IMG/VR virus record: IMGVR_UViG_3300040974_000011
Direction: 5' to 3' (one strand)
DNA: 64,000 nt
Source: an uncultured virus (IMG/VR IMGVR_UViG_3300040974_000011)
Lineage: Duplodnaviria > Heunggongvirae > Uroviricota > Caudoviricetes
Shown here: positions 56,970-64,000 of the stretch, piece by piece
How positions within the stretch are numbered: position 1 is the first letter of the stretch
Layout of the letters: every line of letters starts with the position of its first letter
Notes under the pieces: model-generated
The model's input: only the letters and a program-made list of their open reading frames with translations
What the model was told of the DNA's origin: nothing
Database searches by the model: none
Program-made: the position numbers and the translations under genes

Positions 56970-57400
56970 GCTGCCACCTTCCGAGTGCTGGCAGCATCGG
57001 CCTGGATCAGCGTGGGATCGCTCCAAACCACACCCTTCTCCGCCCCGAAGACGAAGAGGCTTTCGATCAGGTCCGACATCTCGGACTTGGTCAGCTTGCG
57101 GGTGCTGATGCCGAGCGGCACGAGGCCGTTGCCGTGAAGGGCAGGGGCCATCCGCACTTCCTTGCCGAGGGCGGCGAGCGCGATCAGCTTCCAAGCCTCC
57201 GGCTCGTAGTGGAGGCCAAAGTGCTCAACCTGCTTGGAGATGTCGCCCAGCATGGCCCAGAGCCGACGATTTTGAATGTCGGTGCGCCGAGGCGCGGAAA
57301 ACTCCACGAGCCAGCCGATCGGCGCCTTGCTGATCCAGTGAAGAGCCTTGCGGCGGATCTCTTCGTTGGCGATGCGGAGGGTGTGACGGTCGCCGCTCAT
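56966..57400 (-). CDS. ninB: NinB/Orf recombination protein
   Basis: RTDIQNRRLWAMLGDISKQV...WK...STRKLTKSEMSDLIE..FVFGAEKGV.W. Confidence 0.85.
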   Translation of the reverse strand: MSGDRHTLRIANEEIRRKALHWISKAPIGWLVEFSAPRRTDIQNRRLWAMLGDISKQVEHFGLHYEPEAWKLIALAALGKEVRMAPALHGNGLVPLGISTRKLTKSEMSDLIESLFVFGAEKGVVWSDPTLIQADAASTRKVAA

Positions 57401-58056
57401 TGAGCAGCCCTCCGTTCGCGGATCAGGCCGCCCAGCCGCTCAGCGTCCTCGGCCTCAAGAGCCTTGAACCGCTGCCGGAATTCAGGGTCGTCGGTGATGA
57501 CCTTCACGGCCGCCTCGCCCGAGACCTTCCAGAGCTTGGCGCTCAGTTCGCGTGCGATGCGCTGTGAGGCTGTCGGCTCAGAAGCCTCACGATCTACTGC
57601 AGGCCGCGGCGTAGCGGCTGTGTGGCCGCTTGTGCGCGGTGCAGGGCGTTCGATGTCGCGGCTGGGCATAGCTGCCTCGCCGTCGTCATCAGTCGGCGGC
57701 ACGCAGAGGGCTGCCATCAAGGCGTAGCGCAGGCCGTAGGTGACCGCGGAGCCCAGCCCCTGCGGGTCCCGCTTGGCGAGCGGCACATGCAGCGTGGAGC
57801 GCATCCATTCGCCCGAGACGTGGGCGAGCATGGTGGTGATCTCCACACAGCCATCGACCATCCGGCCGGGCGCCTGCGAGACGATGAGGCCGTTTGCCTG
57901 GAGAGCAGGGCGTGCCGTGTCGAGAACCGCCTCCAGGGTGGCGTAGCGGTTCTTGAAGTGCGGGTTCTTGGCATCCTTCACGACGCCGGTAAGCACGCCC
58001 TGGGCGCCGTGCAGCGCCTTGCAAAGCTCGCCAATGGTGGGGCTGCTCTCAATCAC
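57397..58056 (-). CDS. erf: ERF-family ssDNA annealing protein
   Basis: KDAKNPHFKNRYATL...PQGLGSAVTYGLRYAL...DDDG. Confidence 0.9.
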   Translation of the reverse strand: MIESSPTIGELCKALHGAQGVLTGVVKDAKNPHFKNRYATLEAVLDTARPALQANGLIVSQAPGRMVDGCVEITTMLAHVSGEWMRSTLHVPLAKRDPQGLGSAVTYGLRYALMAALCVPPTDDDGEAAMPSRDIERPAPRTSGHTAATPRPAVDREASEPTASQRIARELSAKLWKVSGEAAVKVITDDPEFRQRFKALEAEDAERLGGLIRERRAAQ

Positions 58057-59235
58057 GATGCGGCGTCCTCTGCTGTGACGCGGCGCGGCTCGAACTCCTG
58101 GCACTTGCCGTCGAAGTTCACGCGCTCGCAGAGCTGGTACGGAGGATCCGGCGAGTACTTGGGATGCACGAAGGCGTAGCCGGCTCGGGTCGGCGCCTTC
58201 ATGCAGCGGTATCGCCAGGGCTTGGTTTCGACGCGCGAGGCGGGGTGAACCCATTCGCAGCTATCGCAGAACACGGGGGTCACGCGGCCTCCGCACGCTG
58301 TTCGATGCCGAGGTACGCGAGAGCCAACTCAAGCGTGTCGAAGCGCTGTTCCCGGCCCGTCAGTGGCGCAGGAGCCCGGTCGTAGAGGATCGGCACAAGA
58401 TCGACCGCCGTGCCCTCTGCCGGGCAAATGCAGGCTACGGCACGGGGCAGGTAGTCGACATGGAAGACGCGGATGGTGCGGGAGCCGTAGACGGTCTCGG
58501 TGCGCCAGGGGTTCACGACCGCCCCTCCGCTTTCGCAAGAGCCTGACGGGCGCGCTCAACGTTCCGGTCAAAGTCGAGCATGACGGTATGCGTGCCGTCG
58601 ATGTCGTCAATGAACCATTTGAGAGCCACCAACAGGTCGGGCGCGGCCGCCATCAGATGAGTGTTCGCGACCGCCTGCTTTCGCGGCAGGTCGTTGGCAT
58701 AGACGACTGCCAGACAATGCTTCCCCGCAAACACGGCGGGATCGTCGGTGGACCGACCATCAGTGTCGAAGGTCGTCCAAGGGGCGGCAGTGTGCTGGGC
58801 CATCAGAACGCCTCCGCGCTCTGGACGAGCGGCAGGCGGCTGCTGTGACCCGGAAGGCGCGGCCAAGACCGCGGATCTTTCGCAGAGACCTTCTGCCGGC
58901 ATTCTGACTTGATCGCGTCGAGATCCGAGGCGAGGGCCGTGCTGGCGCTGGCGGCCGCATTGACAGTGCGTTCGATCACAGCGGCGGTGTACGTCGGGCA
59001 ACCGCGGCCAACGGCCTCCATCAAGCTCTCGACCTGCTTGAGGTGTTCGCCCAGGTTCCAGTATGCGGCCTGGAGTTCGGACCTGCTGAGCATGTTAGCC
59101 TCCAACTGCGATACGAATTGCGATGCCGACCACACCAAGAGAGCCGGCGATGATGAGGACGAGGCAGGCGATGATCGCGGCATCGTCTAAGTCGAAGCCC
59201 GGTTCGTCTTCCGGGTACGTGTCGAGATCGACCAT
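58053..59235 (-). other. small early genes (58053-58283, 58280-58516, 58513-58803, 58803-59093, 59095-59235)
   Basis: Coupled short ORFs; 58513-58803 has the HTAAPW...ANTHLMAAAPDLL motif. Confidence 0.6.
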
Positions 59236-59245
59236 GGGTCACCCG

Positions 59246-59659
59246 TCAACGAGAGGGGAAAGCTGGCCCAAACCACTTTTCGATTGGCTTTGATGCTCGG
59301 CGCTGGGGCTCAGCTTTTGCAAAGCCACGGCTTTGGATTTTCGGCTTGGTCGCTGCGGCAGTGATGCCGAGCTGCGCCCGCTTGCGTCGCTTGGCTTGAG
59401 CGGCTGCCGAGTGGTCGGCTGCGTCCTTCACCCGCTTGCAGGTCTCGTAGTGGGCCGGGCCGCGATTGCCGGCCGTGTCGGATCCGCCATTCTCAAGCGC
59501 GATTTCATGTTCCACGAACCAGCGCTGACGGACGCCATCAATCCGCTCGCCGCAGGTCACACAGATGCCCTTGGTCCGCTCCCACGCGGCAAGAACGTCG
59601 CGAGGGCTCAGGCGCTTACGGGCAGTGGTGCCGACATCTTCGCAGACGACGAAAGGCAT
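59246..59659 (-). CDS. HNH endonuclease-like protein
   Basis: CVTCG...VEHEIALENGGSD...N..PAH..C..K. Confidence 0.75.
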   Translation of the reverse strand: MPFVVCEDVGTTARKRLSPRDVLAAWERTKGICVTCGERIDGVRQRWFVEHEIALENGGSDTAGNRGPAHYETCKRVKDAADHSAAAQAKRRKRAQLGITAAATKPKIQSRGFAKAEPQRRASKPIEKWFGPAFPSR

Positions 59660-60117
59660 TAAGCAGCCCTCCGAATGCTCTGACGCAGCTTCGCCATCCG
59701 GTCGTAGAGGATGACGTTCACAGTGGCTGCGAGGTTTAGGCAGAAGGCGCTTGGGATCATCACCCTGCGCGGGCAGCGATCGAGTAATTCGCCACCAAGC
59801 GTCCCATCCTCTGGGCCGAAGATGTAGAAGGCACGCTGCGGATGCGTGAAGCTGGGCAACTCAGTTGCGCCCGGAACCAGATCAACAGCGACAGGCACAG
59901 TATCGAAGGGGATCAACGACCACAGGTCATCGCCGCGCAAAACTGGGATGTGCCGGTAAGCTTTCGTCACATCCTGACAGCTCGTGACCGGCGTGCGGTC
60001 ACCTTGGATAGCAACCAGCGATGCGCCGAAGACGTGGGCAGCGCGCATAACGCCGCCGACGTTCGCAGAGACCTTTGGCCGGACGAGGCCGATGGAGGCG
60101 AAGCCGCGGGCGCTCAT
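59659..60117 (-). CDS. SpoU/TrmH-family (SPOUT) RNA methyltransferase
   Basis: PK..ANVGGVMRAA..FG, YIFGPEDG, IPS..CLNLAAT...LYDR. Confidence 0.85.
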   Translation of the reverse strand: MSARGFASIGLVRPKVSANVGGVMRAAHVFGASLVAIQGDRTPVTSCQDVTKAYRHIPVLRGDDLWSLIPFDTVPVAVDLVPGATELPSFTHPQRAFYIFGPEDGTLGGELLDRCPRRVMIPSAFCLNLAATVNVILYDRMAKLRQSIRRAA

Positions 60118-60386
60118 GCGGCCTCCCCGATCTCAGCGAGGATCGCGGCGGCATCGGCCCGAAGCTCAGCCTCTACGCGGCGGGCCTCTTCAGCCTCGAT
60201 CTCAGCCTGCTCAGCAGCATCAGCCTCGGCAGCTTCCTCATCCTCATCGAGGAAAGCATGAGCATGCCCGTAGGCGTCGCCCTCGCAGTCGAAGGCATCC
60301 GTGAGACGGAATACGCCCTTGAAGACCGCATAGCCGTCATCGTGCTCAGCGACGGCGTAGGGGGCGATGTCGAAGAAGGCGCGCAT
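60114..60386 (-). CDS. acidic hypothetical protein
   Basis: Early ORF coupled to the methyltransferase gene. Confidence 0.55.
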   Translation of the reverse strand: MRAFFDIAPYAVAEHDDGYAVFKGVFRLTDAFDCEGDAYGHAHAFLDEDEEAAEADAAEQAEIEAEEARRVEAELRADAAAILAEIGEAA

Positions 60387-60540
60387 GGCTCAAGCCTCGT
60401 CGGCGAGAGCCCGGCGCACGGCCGGAACGGTCTGCAGGGTGTAGAACAGAGCGCCGGTCAGGAAGGCGGCGGCGCCGAAGATGGGAACGAGGATCTGGGA
60501 CATCGCTGCGGCGCTCCATGGCGGCGGCTGATGTCAAATG

Positions 60541-60590
60541 TCTACGATTTGTAGCCACACCGGGTCAAGCCCGTTTCTACGATGTGTAGC
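60541..60590 (-). promoter_or_regulatory. PL-like promoter with two operators
   Basis: TCTACGATTTGTAGC (60541) and TCTACGATGTGTAGC (60576) flank minus-strand TTGACC (60563-60568). Confidence 0.75.
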
Positions 60591-60624
60591 AAGAAAATTT
60601 GCGTTCTGAGAACGGAGATGGTAC

Positions 60625-60663
60625 AAAAGAAAATGCCCCGGGAACCATGGGTTCGACCGGGGC
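60625..60663 (-). terminator. Rho-independent terminator downstream of cI
   Basis: GCCCCGG-GAACC/GGTTC-CCGGGGC hairpin followed on the minus strand by ATTTTCTTTT. Confidence 0.7.
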
Positions 60664-60742
60664 GACAAACGGGCCATGCTTGGCGGCTACCCGTCTGTGA
60701 AACGTGTAATAGCGCAACACGCGCGCGCGTTCCAGATCAATC

Positions 60743-61117
60743 GTCGCCACTCATAGCCAAGCGTAGGGTCCGCAGACGGCAAGTGCTGCGGGCTCAATCG
60801 CCGGGCGGTTAGTGACGCTGGCGGCGGACGGGCGCGAAAGCGTGCCGGGAGTAAGCGGCGACCAGGAGCGGGGTTCGCAGCCGCAGGGCACCTGAATGGG
60901 GGACGCCCGAACCCGAAGGCCACCGGCCTTTAAGAACCCTCTAGGGTTGCATCCCGGTGGTGGTGCGATCCGACGGTAAGCGGCGGTTGGCTCCGGCCTT
61001 CAGTCCCCCGTCCCAGGTCGCATCCGCCTAGGTGAACTGAGGGGTCACGGCCCTTTACTCAGTCCCTACGCGGGGCGACCTGTGGACGGGTCACAACGGT
61101 TCCACCAACCTTCAGGT
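60743..61117 (+). ncRNA. candidate large structured ncRNA
   Basis: Multiple nested and long-range helices, G-U wobbles and a GAAA tetraloop on the plus strand; no credible ORF. Confidence 0.6.
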
Positions 61118-61119
61118 AC

Positions 61120-61749
61120 TCAGTTAGATATCCGCTTCCACTGCTTCGCGGGGACGATGGACATGACTTCGGCGACCCGCTTCACGTCGACCTCGTCCTG
61201 ATCCGGGGCGTTGTGGCTGCCGATAGTGAAGGACCCGTCACGGGCGTGTTTCTTGAGGGTTTTTAGGAGATAGGTGCCGTCTCCGTCTTCTAGAACAACC
61301 TCTTGCCCAATCAGGGCTTCCGGCTCGCCATCGTACCATTTGGCGATGACGACTTCGCCGTCCTTGATCCGCGGGAACTGCGACTGCCCACGAGCCTCAA
61401 GGGCGAAGCAGCCTTCGGGAAGCGCGTAGGGAAGTTCGATTTCACCGAGCGCCAATTCGCCCTCCTCGACCCACCGGATGGCCTCACCCAAGCCAACCGT
61501 TCCGACCACGTCAACAACCGTAGATCGGTTCGCGGTTCCTTCCCCAGTTAAAAGCCAGCTCGCCGACACGCGGAATTTTCGGGCGTATTTGAACGCCTCC
61601 TCCTCGCTGTAATCGCGAGCGCCCGGCTCCCCAGCGCGTTCGTGGGCGTTGTAGGTCGATACTGCCACGTCCAGCGCGAATGCTGCGGCGCGGCCGGAAC
61701 GGTATCGGCGCTCTCGCGCCCACCGCAATCTCTCACCCTTCGTCTTCAT
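61120..61749 (-). CDS. cI: CI-like repressor (HTH + S24 peptidase)
   Basis: GERLRWARE HTH, VSASWLLTGEG, FALEARGQS.FP, YLLKTL. Confidence 0.9.
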   Translation of the reverse strand: MKTKGERLRWARERRYRSGRAAAFALDVAVSTYNAHERAGEPGARDYSEEEAFKYARKFRVSASWLLTGEGTANRSTVVDVVGTVGLGEAIRWVEEGELALGEIELPYALPEGCFALEARGQSQFPRIKDGEVVIAKWYDGEPEALIGQEVVLEDGDGTYLLKTLKKHARDGSFTIGSHNAPDQDEVDVKRVAEVMSIVPAKQWKRISN

Positions 61750-61786
61750 AACGCGAAAAGTAGCAACTTGGCTGCTACGAAGGGGG

Positions 61787-61815
61787 TTGATCGGAGTTGC
61801 TACATATCGTAGACA
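61787..61815 (+). promoter_or_regulatory. PR-like promoter overlapped by an operator
   Basis: TTGATC-N17-TAGACA; GCTACATATCGTAGA (61799-61813) is the reverse complement of the PL operator consensus. Confidence 0.75.
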
Positions 61816-61822
61816 CTCTGTC

Positions 61823-62113
61823 ATGAGCGCGGTTCAAGCCATCATCGCGAAGTTTGAGACGCCAGCGAAGTTCGGGCGGGCGATCAATTTGAAGGTCGTC
61901 AACCACGCGCACCAGATGTGGGACCGGATGTCGATCCCCGCGCTGCGGTGGCCAGACGTCGTCGAGGCCGCTTCTGAGCTAGGCATCAAAGGCGTCACAA
62001 TCGAAGCTCTCATGGCCGCCCACGTGGCCGACGAGCCCCTTCGCCGAGCAAAACTTCAGCAGACCCGCGCCCGTCAGAAGTCTTCAAGTCAGCCGGAGGC
62101 TCGTGCGTCATGA
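61823..62113 (+). CDS. cro: Cro-like protein
   Basis: Divergent from cI; II..F..PAKFGRAI...RMSIP..RW. Confidence 0.7.
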   Translation: MSAVQAIIAKFETPAKFGRAINLKVVNHAHQMWDRMSIPALRWPDVVEAASELGIKGVTIEALMAAHVADEPLRRAKLQQTRARQKSSSQPEARAS

Positions 62114-62252
62114 TTATGCTCGTTCTGAAGGCCTGGCTGGCAATGATGGTCATTATGACCGTCTGGTGTTTCTGCCGTTGGCGTCACATCGACAGCCCTG
62201 TCATTCCTGGCTTTGCCATCCTGATCCTCTGCGGTGCCGTGAGGTACGCGCT

Positions 62253-62549
62253 GTGAGTGGGATTGATAGCCCTACCGCTGGGCACCGGCTCGCCAGTTTC
62301 GTTGATCGCATCCTCGCGATTGGCCGAGAGCAGGACGAACTGAACGGCGTCAAGAAAGAGATCTACGCCGAAGCTGCCGGCGAGGGCTTCGACAAGACGG
62401 CTATGGGCGCGCTCGTTCGCGAGCTGCGCAAGGCCGAGAAGGACAGCGGCAAGGCGGCTGAGCAGGCCGAACTGCTGGATCTGTATCGCGACTCCTACCA
62501 TCGCGCCGTCTCGCACGTAGGCGCGCACATACGCGAGGCGGCGGAATGA
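62253..62549 (+). CDS. GapR/DUF2312-family DNA-binding protein
   Basis: LASFVDRI...KEIYAEAAGEGFD...ELRK...LLDLY. Confidence 0.85.
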   Translation: MSGIDSPTAGHRLASFVDRILAIGREQDELNGVKKEIYAEAAGEGFDKTAMGALVRELRKAEKDSGKAAEQAELLDLYRDSYHRAVSHVGAHIREAAE

Positions 62550-63320
62550 ATACCGTGGACCTCATCTTCACCGCCGTCGCCTCGGCTACCGTCATTGGCG
62601 CCTGCGGGTTCATGATCTGGGCTACGCTGGATTACCGGCGGGACATGCGTGCGAACGCTGCGACCTACGAGCAGCGGCAGGCGCTTCTGGCGCATGCTTT
62701 CCGCGCTGGGATGAGCAGTACGGAGTATCAAGCGTTCTGCGCGGTCAGCTACGACGAGCATTTCGAGAGCCTGCGCAAGGGCCTTGATCCTCTGCCGCTG
62801 TACGGCGTGATTGCGATTAAGGCCACGGGCGAGGTGGTCGCCTGATGGCCGTTCTCGTCCACCAGATCCGGCCCTCCGTGGCCGGTAGCAGCGCCGAGGT
62901 GTTCTGGACCGGGGCTATCCCGATCGAGCCTCTGAGGCTGCGCAATGCCGAGGCGGGTGCTGTTGGGGAGACCTGCGCATCCGTCTCGGCGACTAATAGC
63001 CCGGTATGGCATGGTGCTGCTGAAGGGGCTCCTAGGCCCGGAGGCGAATGCGGTTCGATACCGCGCCGGGCGCCAGCTCATTCGGACCACCGGCCATGAC
63101 TGCCGCCGTCCGTCTCCCAAAGGCTGATCTGGTGATCCAGTCCGAGGTCGATCCTCGGGATGTCATCACGGCCTCTGTCACCGCCTACGGCCGGCACATG
63201 CGGATCAGCTTGTTCCGCGACATGCGCCTGGGCCTCGGCAGCACCTTCAAGCGCTCGCAGGTCGCGGCCCTGATCGACGGCCTTTCCGATCTGCACGCGA
63301 ACATGTCCCCGGAGGCGTAA
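62546..63320 (+). other. small hypothetical early genes (62546-62845, 62845-63099, 63096-63320)
   Basis: Coupled short ORFs. Confidence 0.5.
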
Positions 63321-63830
63321 ATGTCTGGCTTCCGTACCTTTGAGACCAGCCGCGTGAGCTTCGGCGACAATCGCCCAAAGGCGCCGCTCGTGGATGCCGC
63401 TCTGGTGCGTCCGCCGATCAAGCGAGCGCCTGCGAAGCAATGGTCTGAGCCGAAGATATGTCAGAAGGGCTTCATCCCTCCGAAGCCCGTAACTCCTGAG
63501 GATTTTCAGCAGCCGTGTGCGTTCCCGTTGCGGCGGCTGATGGATCTGGTGTGCTACATCACACAGTTCCCGGCCGTGCATATTCGCGGACAGCGGCGTC
63601 TGGGCAATCTCGTCCGCGCTCGTCAGATCCTGTTCTGGCTCGCTAAGAACAATACCGAGGCGAGCTTTGTGCAGATCGGCCGCCTCGTCGGCGGCCGCGA
63701 TCACACCACGGTGATGCACGGAGTACGCCGCGTTCAGGCGGTCATTGATCGCCTGAATATTGAGGTCTCTGACTGCCCGGTCACGATGGCCGAGCGCCTT
63801 TGGCGTGCCGAATGGTCGAGGGGGAAATGA
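63321..63830 (+). CDS. DnaA C-terminal HTH domain protein
   Basis: RARQILFWL...SFVQIGRLVGGRDHTTVMHG. Confidence 0.85.
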   Translation: MSGFRTFETSRVSFGDNRPKAPLVDAALVRPPIKRAPAKQWSEPKICQKGFIPPKPVTPEDFQQPCAFPLRRLMDLVCYITQFPAVHIRGQRRLGNLVRARQILFWLAKNNTEASFVQIGRLVGGRDHTTVMHGVRRVQAVIDRLNIEVSDCPVTMAERLWRAEWSRGK

Positions 63831-64000
63831 TCTCCTCGCCATCACTTTACATCCTTTTCGTCTGCGCGCGGCTTGCCGGCCGCTCGCTCGCGATCTTCCA
63901 GGGCTTTGCTCAGGCTTGCCGGCCTGTAGCGGCGCCCCTCCGCACTCAGCGCGTCGATGTAGTCCTGCCAGGACGGCGCGCTGTCATCTCGGTCTTTGGA

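Overview
The window is most of a GC-rich temperate phage genome with a contractile (myovirus-type) tail, probably infecting a Hyphomicrobiales alphaproteobacterium. The host is inferred from a GapR homolog, CTTGAC-N17-CATATG-type promoters and the tRNA-Val att core. The genome is in the excised or circularly permuted form: an attP core (3' half of tRNA-Val(GAC), 44965-45012) lies beside the integrase with phage genes on both sides. Gene order: Bro-N, replication genes and NusG-like antiterminator (1-5.1 kb); late leader with a tRNA-like element; terminase, head, tail and baseplate (6.9-34.5 kb); lysis (35-39.4 kb); att-proximal accessory operon (39.5-44.8 kb); int/xis and the leftward early operon (45-60.5 kb); cI/cro switch and rightward early genes (60.5-64 kb). 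Most notable: (1) a ~375-nt, extensively base-paired non-coding element just downstream of cI, a candidate large ncRNA; (2) an HNH gene inserted into a DUF3307 gene together with a recoded replacement 5' end; (3) a 3.1-kb ISL3-family transposon with terminal IRs, an 8-bp target duplication and ATP-grasp cargo; (4) two divergent three-operator RHH switches with the same layout; (5) a tRNA-like RNA with a 5-nt anticodon loop; (6) a displaced tape-measure gene. All family assignments come from motif recognition by eye, not database searches.
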